Below, piece by piece: positions 15,003 to 25,002 of a stretch of 64,000 bases of DNA (positions are counted from its first letter, which is position 1; each line of letters begins with the position of its first letter). This DNA is from Acidobacteriota bacterium. Lineage in GTDB: Bacteria; Acidobacteriota; UBA6911; RPQK01; JAJDTT01. The stretch is taken from assembly GCA_965209055.1 (NCBI GenBank), contig OZ242374.1:832001-896000 (forward strand). Reading direction: 5' to 3'. The position numbers and the translations under genes were made by a program. A model generated the notes under the pieces. The model was not told the DNA's origin and did not search any database. It saw only the letters and a program-made list of their open reading frames with translations.

Positions 15003-18000
15003 CTAAAAGACGATCTGGAACTGGAAGTGGGCGCTACGGGGAGCCGACCCGAACCGCAGCAGGCCTCCGCCCCGTGAAGGGATTCCGAAGCGAGCCGGAC
15101 TGGTGACAAAGAGGCCGCGGTCTCTCGACGCCACCACGTGGTTGAACGGGTTGACGAAGGTCACGGAGAGCCGGGCGTTAATGTCTTCATGGAGCCACCG
15201 GATGGGGATGAATTTGTACACCGTCGCGTCAAAGGCCCAGCCCGGCAGCCGGCTCACGGCGTCGCGCGGGGTGGTGCCGTAGGTGCCCGGATCCGGGACC
15301 TTGAAGCAGTTGATGTTGACTGTCGTCGGCCGCGTATAGCTATGCGGGCGGACCTGGGGGTCGCAGCCGGCTTTGGACATGCTGGCGCGGCCTCGGAAGC
15401 GGCCGGTGTTGGTGGGATCGAATCCGCTGTAGTATTGGTGATACGGACGTCCGGTGCCGGCATCGAAGACGCCCGAGAACTCCCAGCCACCCAGCAGCCC
15501 GCTCAGAATCGAGCCTCTCCGCAGGTGCGACAGGTAAGGCTGATCCGGACCCCACGGGAGCTCCCAGATGAAGTTGATGCGGATTGAGGCCGGGTTCATA
15601 TAGGCGTCGGCCCGATCCCGGTTCCGGTCGTAGGGGTCCTCGATTCCGGCGAAGCCTCCGACGCGCGGGAAATAGCCCCGCCCGAAGGCTGACGCGAACG
15701 CCGTAGCGTCCTCCACGTCCTCGATTTCTTTGATCCACTGGAACATGCCGTCGAACATGAGCCCGCCGATAGGAGTCCGGGACATTCGGCGAGTGAACTG
15801 CCACTGGAATTGGTTGTGGCTCATGTGGCCGCCGCTGTCCAGGTAGATGATGTCGTCAAACCCCGGGTTGTGGGGGTAAATGAGCCGCTCTTCGGTAAAG
15901 GGGATCGTGCTCGCGGGAGGAAGATTGATGTCCCGGGCGTACCACATGCTGACGGTCGAAGCGCCGACGTAGGAGAAGCGAAAGGAGGTTTCACGTCCCA
16001 ACTGCCGCTCCAAGGTCAGATTCCACTGCATCAGGTAGGGTTCCTTGATTTTGGGATTCACGCCTTGGATGTTGAAGGTGGCCGGAGCCGAGCCCCCGAC
16101 GGTCGCCCGGGGAAAAGGCCGGTCGGTGGTGACCAGGGGGACGCCATCGGTGATGGTATTCCGAAAGTTCTCGTCCAGAGCGAAAGGCCCGCCCGTAAGC
16201 AGCGTCGAGAAGTAGTTGTTGGTGGTCCCGGAATCGTGCATGAACATGCCGAAGCCGGACCGGAGTACGGTCTTGTCGTCGAGCCGGTAGGCAAAGCCCA
16301 GACGCGGCGACCACTTGGTCAGGGAATTGACCAGGTGGTTGGGGAAACGGGCCTCGCTGGCCGTCTCGATGGGGATGGCGGGATGGAAGGCCGGGGCGAT
16401 CAGACCCCGCCCGGCTTCCGGCACCACCAGGGCGCCGGTGGCCATATTGAAATTGTACCAGGCCCCGTTGACGTCTCTGCGCGGGGAGATCCGGTCGTAG
16501 CGGACCCCGATGTTCAGTTTCAACCTGGAGCTGACCTGAACGTCGTCCTGCACGAACAGCCCGAACTCGCTGTAGCGCCCCTCGACGGCCGGCCGTGGAG
16601 TGTGGCGCCCCGTCGTGGTGGGAAGTCCCAGCAGGAAGTCGGCGAAGGGATCGCCGGTGAAGAATCCGGTGTGAGTCCAGGCGCCCGCGACCGCTCTGCT
16701 GGCCCGGAGGTCGCCCAAGTGCCGAATGGCGTGGTCGTAGCCCAGCTTCCAACTGTGGATTCCGGTGCGATAGCTGAGATTGTTGCGGACGCTGAAGTTG
16801 TTGTTCACCGTCGTGTTCGTGGCGCCGGCCCGGGTACCGATGGTGTGGATGGTATCGACGCTGATGAAGGGGAGGGTGTTGAATCCCTTGCGGGTGGCAG
16901 CGTCGTCGCCCAGGTCGATGCCCAGCGAGTCGATGAACAGGGCAGCAGTTTGGTCGGTTCTATTGTACGCATCGCGGCGGAACCAACCGAACCGGAACTC
17001 GTTGATGAGACCGGGCGTGAAGATGTGGGTATCGAAGACGTTGAAGACGTCGTTCAGGTTCCCGAATTGGTCCTGTCCGGTAGCGGGATGGCGTGCGCCG
17101 AACCAGGTGGAAGCCCCGCAATGACAGGTTTCCCAGAAGTCCCTCTGCGTATGGGAGATGCCGAAGGTGTTCCGGTTGAGGATGCTCTGGTCGATGCGGT
17201 AGATCCACTGCTTGTTGGCGCCCTGCGCGTTGCCCTGAAACTGGAGATTCTGCACCGGAATGTCGGGGTCGCCCACGTTGGATCCGGTGGGTTCCAGGAG
17301 CCACTGGTCGATCATGTTGATGGCGACGGGGTTCCAGCGCGAGCGGGGAATGATGTTCCCGGCGAACGTCTCCCCGGTGAGGGGGTCCTTCAATTCCCCC
17401 AATTCGGGCCGTATCTTGGCCAGATAGGCGGAAAGGTCTCCCCTGCGCATGGCCGCGGTGGGGGTGTTGTACCAGGTTCCCTGCCCGAAGGTGATGTTGG
17501 TGGGCGGATTCTGCTCGAAGGAGAAAAAGAACCAGGTCTTGTCCCGTCCGTCATAGATTTTCGGGATGTAAACGGGCCCCCCGTAGGTCCAGTTGTAGCG
17601 AAATGCCCACTCGCCGGGATTCCGCGTCGCGCCGGGTGGACCGGGCCACCGGGCCTGCAGCCGGGGGTGCCGCATGTTTATGGTGAACATGCCGTGAGGC
17701 CGATTCTCGCCCCGCTTGGTGACGGCGTCGATGGTCAGCGGGGTCCGGTATTCGGCGGCGGCGTTCAAGGCGACCGTCTTCTCCTCGGCGATGGCCGAGA
17801 AGGGAGGCCCCACCTGCTCGCCGTTCATGGGAGTCCCGTCCACCGAAGTCTGGGTCATGGTGGACCGCGACCCGTTGGACTTGTAGCTGTCGGCCACGTC
17901 AGCGTTGATGAAGGCCAGGCTCAGGGGCCGGGAGGCGTGGCCGAAGCGGCTCATGATCATGGTCCCACGCGGTCCGGCGTTGACGAGCCGGTCGGTCCGG

Positions 18001-18419
18001 GCCTCACCCCATTGGACGGTGTCGGTGTTGATCACCGGCACCTCGCTGCGTACGGTCACCTGCTCGGCCACTTCACCCACTTGCAGTTTGACGTCGAACC
18101 GCTGGGTGACCCGAGCGGCCAGATAGTTGTCAATATTGACGTACTTCCTGAATCCGGGCAGTTCCGCGCTGAGGGTGTAAGTGTTCGGCGCCTGCACGAC
18201 CGAGAATTGGAAGTCCCCGCGATCGTCGCTGATGGTCTCGCGGATGAACCCAGTGTCTTGGTTGGTCAAGGTCACCGTTACCCCTGGGACTACCGCCCCC
18301 CCGGTGTCGGTGACGGTTCCCAGCACGGTGGCGGCCGTGGTCTGCGCCTGTGCTGGTGTCAGCAGGAGGGGGATAAGCGCCGGGATCAGCAGAACCCAGA
18401 AAAATCGTCTGTTGTTCAT
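15003..18419 (-). CDS. TonB-dependent receptor with carboxypeptidase-regulatory-like N-domain (Acidobacteria/Oar-type)
   Basis: Signal peptide, GTVTDTGGAVVPG, FVQDD.QVS.RL.LN.GVRYD, WSPRLGFAY, terminal PR......F. Confidence 0.9.
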   Translation of the reverse strand: MNNRRFFWVLLIPALIPLLLTPAQAQTTAATVLGTVTDTGGAVVPGVTVTLTNQDTGFIRETISDDRGDFQFSVVQAPNTYTLSAELPGFRKYVNIDNYLAARVTQRFDVKLQVGEVAEQVTVRSEVPVINTDTVQWGEARTDRLVNAGPRGTMIMSRFGHASRPLSLAFINADVADSYKSNGSRSTMTQTSVDGTPMNGEQVGPPFSAIAEEKTVALNAAAEYRTPLTIDAVTKRGENRPHGMFTINMRHPRLQARWPGPPGATRNPGEWAFRYNWTYGGPVYIPKIYDGRDKTWFFFSFEQNPPTNITFGQGTWYNTPTAAMRRGDLSAYLAKIRPELGELKDPLTGETFAGNIIPRSRWNPVAINMIDQWLLEPTGSNVGDPDIPVQNLQFQGNAQGANKQWIYRIDQSILNRNTFGISHTQRDFWETCHCGASTWFGARHPATGQDQFGNLNDVFNVFDTHIFTPGLINEFRFGWFRRDAYNRTDQTAALFIDSLGIDLGDDAATRKGFNTLPFISVDTIHTIGTRAGATNTTVNNNFSVRNNLSYRTGIHSWKLGYDHAIRHLGDLRASRAVAGAWTHTGFFTGDPFADFLLGLPTTTGRHTPRPAVEGRYSEFGLFVQDDVQVSSRLKLNIGVRYDRISPRRDVNGAWYNFNMATGALVVPEAGRGLIAPAFHPAIPIETASEARFPNHLVNSLTKWSPRLGFAYRLDDKTVLRSGFGMFMHDSGTTNNYFSTLLTGGPFALDENFRNTITDGVPLVTTDRPFPRATVGGSAPATFNIQGVNPKIKEPYLMQWNLTLERQLGRETSFRFSYVGASTVSMWYARDINLPPASTIPFTEERLIYPHNPGFDDIIYLDSGGHMSHNQFQWQFTRRMSRTPIGGLMFDGMFQWIKEIEDVEDATAFASAFGRGYFPRVGGFAGIEDPYDRNRDRADAYMNPASIRINFIWELPWGPDQPYLSHLRRGSILSGLLGGWEFSGVFDAGTGRPYHQYYSGFDPTNTGRFRGRASMSKAGCDPQVRPHSYTRPTTVNINCFKVPDPGTYGTTPRDAVSRLPGWAFDATVYKFIPIRWLHEDINARLSVTFVNPFNHVVASRDRGLFVTSPARFGIPSRGGGLLRFGSAPRSAHFQFQIVF

Positions 18420-18749
18420 GACCTCTCCTTATTTCAGAAGAAAACGGATTGAAGAGAGCGCCTGGGAATGCACTCGGTAGTAGTAGGAGACAAAATGCTG
18501 CATGCAGCCGGGTTGGCTGGGGGTCGCCTGAATGGGCTAACTCCTACCAAAATGGTTCCCGGTCTACTTCGTCCAGGAAAAAATGAGTTTCGAGCCCCCT
18601 GGGATACGGACCCGAGCAGTGATCGAAAGGTACCATGTGTCATCCAGGATTGCAATAACGATTTTGGAATCACTATTTAGCTCGCATTTTTCACCATTGG
18701 GCGCTTAGGAAACCAGATTTCCGGAGTGGGGAGGACGGACCAAGTGAAC

Positions 18750-19520
18750 ATGAGAGGCAAGGCGGCAGTCGTCACCGGCGCCGGCGCCGGCATCGGCCGG
18801 GGGGTGGCGTTGAAATTCGGCGAACACGGGGCCAGTGTGGCGGCTATCGACATCAATTTCGGCACGGCCCGGGAGACGGCCCGCGAGATCCGTCAGAGCG
18901 GTGGAGAAGCGCTGGAGCTGCAGGCCGACGTCGGCGAGGAGAGCAGCACCGACGCCGCATTCGAGAGGATCCTGGACAAGTTCGGCGCCGTCGACGTCCT
19001 GGTGAACGTCGCCGGCATCGAGCACTACCAGGAATTCCTGGAATTTACGGACCAGGAGTTCGACCGGCAGATCGCCGTCAACCTGAAGAGCGTGTTCTTC
19101 TGCAGCCGGCGGGTGATTCCTTCCATGATCCGGAACGGGGGCGGCAGCATCGTCAACACCGCCTCGGTGCAGGCCCTGGCCACCACCGGACAGATCGCAC
19201 CCTACGCCGCCGCCAAGGGGGGCATCCTGGCCATGACGCGGGACATGGCCCGCGACTTGGGCCACTACAACATCCGCGTCAACACCATCTGTCCCGGCTG
19301 CATTCAGACCCCCATGCTGGACCGGTCCTTCACCAGCACCGCCGACCGGGACGCCTACATGGAGAAGCTGGAGGCCTCCCTTCCCCTGGGACGGGTGGGT
19401 TTGCCTGAAGACATCGCCAACGTGGCCCTGTTTCTGGCCTCCCCTCTGTCCGCCTACGTCACGGGAATCGCCATCAACGTGGACGGAGGGATGATGAGCA
19501 AGTTGCCGCTGCCGGAGTAG
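18750..19520 (+). CDS. Short-chain dehydrogenase/reductase
   Basis: TGAGAGIG, YAAAK, IRVNTICPG motifs. Confidence 0.92.
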   Translation: MRGKAAVVTGAGAGIGRGVALKFGEHGASVAAIDINFGTARETAREIRQSGGEALELQADVGEESSTDAAFERILDKFGAVDVLVNVAGIEHYQEFLEFTDQEFDRQIAVNLKSVFFCSRRVIPSMIRNGGGSIVNTASVQALATTGQIAPYAAAKGGILAMTRDMARDLGHYNIRVNTICPGCIQTPMLDRSFTSTADRDAYMEKLEASLPLGRVGLPEDIANVALFLASPLSAYVTGIAINVDGGMMSKLPLPE

Positions 19521-19527
19521 TTGTGAG

Positions 19528-19547
19528 GGGGGACCTTCCTGTCCCCC
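19528..19547. repeat. REP-like G-run hairpin (family B, GGGGGAC-N4-6-GTCCCCC)
   Basis: gggggaccttcctgtccccc. Confidence 0.6.
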
Positions 19548-19692
19548 AGTCCTCTACTCTCCGATGCCGCGTCGGGAGTCCGGCGGCCCATTCTCCACGG
19601 TCGCATCCCGGCGGAAAAGTTGGTGCTCCCCCGGACGTGGAGCCGATATCTTCCGGGTGGACCGGCGTCCGACGGGGGAGAGGAGATTGAAA

Positions 19693-22464
19693 ATGCCGAA
19701 TCCAAGTCGCGGAACTTCCCTTTTCCCCCTTCTACTGGCCCTCTCGTTGGGGGCCGGCTTCCCCTCGCTGGCCGCCCAAAGTTGGAACGAAGACAGCTAC
19801 CAGGACTTCGCCGACGGCCGGCTGGACGCCTCCGGCCAGAACATCTACGTGTCTCGGAACGGGACCGTCCGCACCATCCACCGCTTCGATCTGAATCAGG
19901 ACGGCCACCTGGACCTGATCTTCAACAATACGCATGACAGCATCACCTACGTGGATGCCACGTGGGCCGGCTTCGACTCCGCCCGGACACTCACCCATTC
20001 TTCGCTGGCGGTGTTGGGGAGTCTCCGGGCGGTCGCGGGAGACCTGAACCGGGACGGCATCACCGACCTGGTCTTCTGTCCCAACCCCGACGGGATTCAA
20101 CACCCCCGCAGGTTCATTTCCATCGCGTGGGGCGGTGCGGAGGGCTGGACTTCCAACCGGATCAGTGGGGTCCTGCCGGCCTGGAACCCCCGGACGGTGG
20201 CCGTCGCCGACCTGAACCGCGACCATTGGCCCGACATCGTGGTCCTGGCTCAGGCGCCCCGGAGGCAGCCGGACGGGACACCGGTCAAGAGCATGGTGAT
20301 GAAGGTGTTCTGGGGCGGTCGACTGGGCTTTTACCTGGGCCGGCGTCAAATCCAGGAACTCCCCATGTCGGTCGACATGAAGGCGGCCGATTTCGACGCC
20401 GACGGAGCACGGGACATCGCGGTGCTGACCGCCGAAAGCGAGATCCGGATCTTCTGGGCGTCTTCCGAGCCGTCCGCCGTGCCCGTGATCTTGAACGCCA
20501 CTCGCATTCCTCTCTCCGGCCCTGCGGCCGGCTGCGTGGCGGCCGGGGACATCGACGGAGACGGGCGCACCGACCTGGTGGCGGGAACTTTCGACGGGAC
20601 CCTCTACACCGTCACCGCCGGCGCCCATCGAAAATGGAACCAGCCGGCACGGAGGCAAGCGGCGCCGGCTTCCCACATCTCGGTCGGCGATCTGGACGGC
20701 GATGGACACGCCGACCTGGCGTTGACGGAGTTCGGTATCCGGCATGCTTCGGGAGGAGAACGGGGCGCCGCCGACAGTCCGGGAGGGATCCGGATCCTCT
20801 GGGGAGAGGCGGGAAAGTTCGATCCTGCGCACTCGCTCAACCTGGAGGTGGATCACCCTTCGGCCTCGGCCATCGGCGATCTGGACGGCGACGGAAGGTC
20901 CGATCTGGCGGCGGCCGTCTACCAAGGAACGTCAAACTTTGCCGCGGAGTCCGCTGTCTTTTTCGGAAACGGCGACCGCTCCTTCCGGCGGGCAAGGCGC
21001 GGCATCCCCTCCTCCGGAGCCGCGGACGTGCTGGTGGTCCCGGCGGAAGAAGACCTGCCGGCCCGGGTCGTCCTCTGCAACAGCCAGGGCGGCACTCTGA
21101 ACGAGAGGGTTCCCCTCTACGTCTACTGGGGCGGCAAGGGGGGCTTCCACCCGGACCGCCGATGGGTGATCCCCTTCAGCGGCGGCTACGGCGCCGTCGG
21201 CGCCGACCTCAACGCCGACGGCATCACCGATCTGGTGGCCATGAACTCCGGACACAGCGGTCACGCGGACCCCGACGTGGGCGCCCACATTCTCTGGGGG
21301 ACATCCCGGGGGTTCGACCTGGACGGAAACCGAACCATCCTCTCGGAGAATCATCTCTCTTCCGGCAACGTCGCCGACTTGAACCGCGACGGCTACCTGG
21401 ACCTGATCCTGAACGGTTTCGATCCGGCCCAAACCACCCTCTACTACGGATCGGAGACTGGATTCCACCGGAGCCGGCGCCTGGTCGTGCCCTCGGTGCT
21501 GACCGTGGCCGACTTCAACCGGGACGGCTGGTTGGACCTGTCCGGGAGCGCGCCGAGCGGAGCGGTGGGGATCCTCTGGGGCGGCCCGGAGGGACCGAGC
21601 CGCGAACTGGAATCCATAGGATACGTCCCCTGGGCGGCCAACCAGGAAACGGCCGACCTCAACGCCGACGGACACCTGGATTTGATCGTGGGCGGCTACG
21701 CCGATCCCACCACCCGGATCTCCGATGTCGGACTCTTCATCTTCTGGGGATCGGTCGAGGGCTTCACTCCCTGGAACGCCCAGTGGCTGCCCGGCATGGG
21801 ACAACTGGGCCCGTTGGTGGCCGACTTCGACCGGGACGGCTTCCTGGACCTGTTCGCGCCCTCCTATCACGGAACCGGCGTCCGGGAGTCCATGCCCTCA
21901 TACCTGTTCTGGGGAAGCCGGGACGGCCTGCGCGCCGAGAACAAGACCCGGCTCGTGTGCGACAGCGCCAGCGACGCCATGGCGGGAGATTTCGATCAGG
22001 ACGGACTTCTCGACCTGGCCGTCGTCTGCCATACCCGCCACGGGGACCACCGCATCGACTCGAAGGTGTTCTACAACGATGGAAAGCGATTTTCCGCCCC
22101 CAGGACGGTGGGGCTTCCCACCCTGGGGGGACACACCATCTACCTGACCGACGTCGGTCACATCTACGATCGGAGCTGGCGCCAGACCTACGATTCCTCC
22201 CTGTTTCACTGGGACGGTGAGCGTAGCGGCGGCCGGCTGGAAGCCAAGGCGGAAACGCCCGCCCACAGCCGGCTGAGGTTCCGCGTCCGGTCGGGAGCCG
22301 AACCGTCCGGACTGGAGCAAAAGCCCTGGCGCCAGGTGAACGGGGACCAATTCCCCCTGGAGAGCGGCGACCGCGTCCTGCAGTACCAGGCCGTCTTCGA
22401 GTCCGGCAATGGAGACAGCTACCCGATCCTGGACCGGGTGACGATCGAGCTGAGCTCCGAGTAG
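19693..22464 (+). CDS. Secreted FG-GAP/VCBS repeat protein
   Basis: Signal peptide; many D(L/F)N.DG..DL calcium-blade repeats. AGGAG SD. Confidence 0.85.
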   Translation: MPNPSRGTSLFPLLLALSLGAGFPSLAAQSWNEDSYQDFADGRLDASGQNIYVSRNGTVRTIHRFDLNQDGHLDLIFNNTHDSITYVDATWAGFDSARTLTHSSLAVLGSLRAVAGDLNRDGITDLVFCPNPDGIQHPRRFISIAWGGAEGWTSNRISGVLPAWNPRTVAVADLNRDHWPDIVVLAQAPRRQPDGTPVKSMVMKVFWGGRLGFYLGRRQIQELPMSVDMKAADFDADGARDIAVLTAESEIRIFWASSEPSAVPVILNATRIPLSGPAAGCVAAGDIDGDGRTDLVAGTFDGTLYTVTAGAHRKWNQPARRQAAPASHISVGDLDGDGHADLALTEFGIRHASGGERGAADSPGGIRILWGEAGKFDPAHSLNLEVDHPSASAIGDLDGDGRSDLAAAVYQGTSNFAAESAVFFGNGDRSFRRARRGIPSSGAADVLVVPAEEDLPARVVLCNSQGGTLNERVPLYVYWGGKGGFHPDRRWVIPFSGGYGAVGADLNADGITDLVAMNSGHSGHADPDVGAHILWGTSRGFDLDGNRTILSENHLSSGNVADLNRDGYLDLILNGFDPAQTTLYYGSETGFHRSRRLVVPSVLTVADFNRDGWLDLSGSAPSGAVGILWGGPEGPSRELESIGYVPWAANQETADLNADGHLDLIVGGYADPTTRISDVGLFIFWGSVEGFTPWNAQWLPGMGQLGPLVADFDRDGFLDLFAPSYHGTGVRESMPSYLFWGSRDGLRAENKTRLVCDSASDAMAGDFDQDGLLDLAVVCHTRHGDHRIDSKVFYNDGKRFSAPRTVGLPTLGGHTIYLTDVGHIYDRSWRQTYDSSLFHWDGERSGGRLEAKAETPAHSRLRFRVRSGAEPSGLEQKPWRQVNGDQFPLESGDRVLQYQAVFESGNGDSYPILDRVTIELSSE

Positions 22465-22474
22465 GGGCACCAGG

Positions 22475-24961
22475 TTACGAACTCAGCAGCAGGAAGACGA
22501 TGGCAATGGGAGCCCCGGCGGCGAGGCTGCAGAGAAGGAGGTAACGCCAGGATCGTCCCCGCGTCGGCAGCAGGCTCGCCGCCGAACCCACCACGACGTG
22601 GACGATGAAGGGGAACAGATAGATCCATTGGAAGCTGAGACTGGGGCCACCGGTCAAAATGTCCCAGAAAGCCCACAGGAAGGCGAAGGAAAAACCGTAG
22701 ACGGCCCCCACAATCGCTCCGAACGGAGTCGAGAACGGCACGAACAGGCACATGAAGAAGAGCCCGAACAGGGGAGCGACGAACAGCCCGTTGGTCTTGT
22801 TGGTCACTTCGGTGATGTTGCCGGGGACGTTACCCACCGGCGCACTGAGAAGGACCACGGCGATGCCGATGCCCAGCACCAGCGCCCGGGCCAGTTTGAC
22901 GCTGTGTTCCTTCCGCAGTTTCCGGCGGCGGAAACGGCCCAGGAAATCGACGTGGAACACGGTCACGATGGAATTGATGCCCGAGTCGAGGCTCGACATG
23001 GCGGCGGCGAACATGGCCGCGATGACCAGGCCGGCCAATCCGTGCGGCAGATAGTTGGCGATGAAGTGGGGAAACAGAAAATCGGCGTCCGCCAGCAGGT
23101 CCTTGCCGTCGGCGATGGCGTGGGGGTTGGCCTGGAAGAAACCCAGGACCGAGAAGCCCAACCCGGCCAGCAGCACGGAGACGGCTAAGCCGGCGCCGAC
23201 GTTGATGTACAGGGCGCGCCGGGCGGCCTTGGCGTCCCGCGTCGCCAGATAACGCTGAATGGCCACCTGATCGGAACCGTAGGTGAAGATGGTCCACACC
23301 GCCCCGGAGAGGATCGACCCGATCACCGTCACTCGTATTGCCGGATTCCAGTCGAAGACAGGAATTTGGTCCCAGTGCGGCGCCCATGAAGTCGGGACCC
23401 AACCGCCGAGACCGATGTCCATGGTGACCATCGCAATCGTGATCAGACCTCCGGCGAAGAGGATGAGGAATTGGATGACGTCCGTGATCACGACGGCCCG
23501 CAAACCCCCGAGGGCGGTGTAGAGCACCGCGACCGCCCCGGCCACCATCACCACCGTCGGCGTCATCGACTCGGGCCAACCCACCATGACCACCACGGCC
23601 TTGGCCGCCAGATAGATGAGCAGAGCCATCCAGATCAGGCGCGTCAGGATGAAGATCACCGCCGCCGTCAGCCGGACCCCGATTCCCAGACGGCCCTCCA
23701 GAAGCTCGTAGGCGCTGGTGATGGGCAGCTTCATGAAAACGGGGATGAGGAAGTAACCGCAACAGACGACGATCAGTGGGATCCCCAACGTTCCCCAGAC
23801 CACGATGCCCGGCCCGTGCTTGACCAGCTCCCCGGGAACCGCCAGATAGGAAATCGTGCTCAGCAGCGTGGCGTACAGCGAAATCCCGATGACGAACGAA
23901 CCGAGGCTGCGGCTGCCCAGGAAATACTCCTCGGTGTCGGTCTGGCGGCGCGAGTAGTACCAGCCGACGCCGAGCATGAAGACGCCGTAGGCGGCGACCA
24001 CGAACCAGTCCACCCACCCCAGGCCCCGGAAATCACGCCGCTCGATCCTGAGCAGCGCATTGGCGGCGGCGACTCGGATCTCGGCATCAGTCGCCTGGCG
24101 GACCAGAAGCGGTTCCAACAGGGGGATCTGGTCCCCGTCTCCGCCGTGGGCCAAAGCCTCGATGGCTTCCAACCGTTGTTCCCGGGTCCCGTTCCGGACG
24201 TAGGATTGGAGTTCGGACTTCGAAACAGGATTACCGGCCCCGTGCACGTAGAGCGCGCTCAGCAGGTAGATCCGGACGTTTGAATCCACCTCCTCACTGG
24301 AAAGAGCCCGCTCCAAAGCGGAACGGACCTCGGGACCGGCGCTCTCCAGGCGGCGGAGCGCAAATGCGGCTCGAGCGCGGACCGCCGGGTCCCCGGACTC
24401 CAGCCGGGAGGCCAACCTGGTTTGGTCCTCGCCCGATCCGGAAGCCGCCAACAGCCAGAGGGCGTCCACCTGCCGGAAGCCTTCACCCTCACCAGCCAGC
24501 CGCAGCAACTCCGCCGGACGGCCCGCATAGCCCATATTGGCCAACGCCTCTGCGGCCCGGCTGCCCCGTTCGCCCTCACTCGACAGAAAGGCCTCGAGGA
24601 TCCGATCCACATACTGTTGCCTCTCCAGGTCATGTTGGCTCTTCCTGAGCGTCGCCTGCGCCAGGATCTGCCAGACGCCGATCTCATGACTGGAACCGGG
24701 TTCCGCCGCCTCGCTGGAGAAGGCCTCCTTGACGCCTTCGCTGGAGTTGTTCCAGAGCAGGGCTTCGGCGGCCCGAATGCGGACCCACCCCCGCTCTTCC
24801 TGCAGCGCTTGCCGCAGAACCTGGACGCTGCGCTCCCGGAGGAGCCGCTCGGGGTCCTCTGCGAAGACGGGAGCAATCCCAAAGCACAGGAGCACGAGGA
24901 GTACCGCCGCGCGGCGAGCGCGAAGTCGAAAATCCGAACTCCCGGATCCTTCTTGTGGCAC
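22475..24961 (-). CDS. Sodium:solute symporter (SiaT-like) fused to an N-terminal HEAT-repeat domain
   Basis: Signal peptide, HEAT units (VRIRAAEAL, VRARAAFAL, IRVAAANAL), then SSS motifs (EEYFLGSR, GGLRAVVITDVIQ, DQ..IQRYL, FAAAMSSLDSGINS). Start at GTG 24961 is inferred. Confidence 0.85.
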   Translation of the reverse strand: MPQEGSGSSDFRLRARRAAVLLVLLCFGIAPVFAEDPERLLRERSVQVLRQALQEERGWVRIRAAEALLWNNSSEGVKEAFSSEAAEPGSSHEIGVWQILAQATLRKSQHDLERQQYVDRILEAFLSSEGERGSRAAEALANMGYAGRPAELLRLAGEGEGFRQVDALWLLAASGSGEDQTRLASRLESGDPAVRARAAFALRRLESAGPEVRSALERALSSEEVDSNVRIYLLSALYVHGAGNPVSKSELQSYVRNGTREQRLEAIEALAHGGDGDQIPLLEPLLVRQATDAEIRVAAANALLRIERRDFRGLGWVDWFVVAAYGVFMLGVGWYYSRRQTDTEEYFLGSRSLGSFVIGISLYATLLSTISYLAVPGELVKHGPGIVVWGTLGIPLIVVCCGYFLIPVFMKLPITSAYELLEGRLGIGVRLTAAVIFILTRLIWMALLIYLAAKAVVVMVGWPESMTPTVVMVAGAVAVLYTALGGLRAVVITDVIQFLILFAGGLITIAMVTMDIGLGGWVPTSWAPHWDQIPVFDWNPAIRVTVIGSILSGAVWTIFTYGSDQVAIQRYLATRDAKAARRALYINVGAGLAVSVLLAGLGFSVLGFFQANPHAIADGKDLLADADFLFPHFIANYLPHGLAGLVIAAMFAAAMSSLDSGINSIVTVFHVDFLGRFRRRKLRKEHSVKLARALVLGIGIAVVLLSAPVGNVPGNITEVTNKTNGLFVAPLFGLFFMCLFVPFSTPFGAIVGAVYGFSFAFLWAFWDILTGGPSLSFQWIYLFPFIVHVVVGSAASLLPTRGRSWRYLLLCSLAAGAPIAIVFLLLSS

Positions 24962-24976
24962 GGTTGTTCCCCAATC

Positions 24977-24999
24977 CGGCGATTGGAAATCGCCGCTCC
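24977..24999. repeat. REP-like palindrome (family A)
   Basis: cggcgattggaaatcgccgctcc. Confidence 0.65.
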
Positions 25000-25002
25000 G
25001 GC

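Noticed and set aside
15810-18452. Long antisense ORFs (for example 279-2027, 15810-18452, 29097-31121, 53147-55075)
   Set aside because: These are shadow ORFs expected from high-GC3 coding on the opposite strand, with no motifs.
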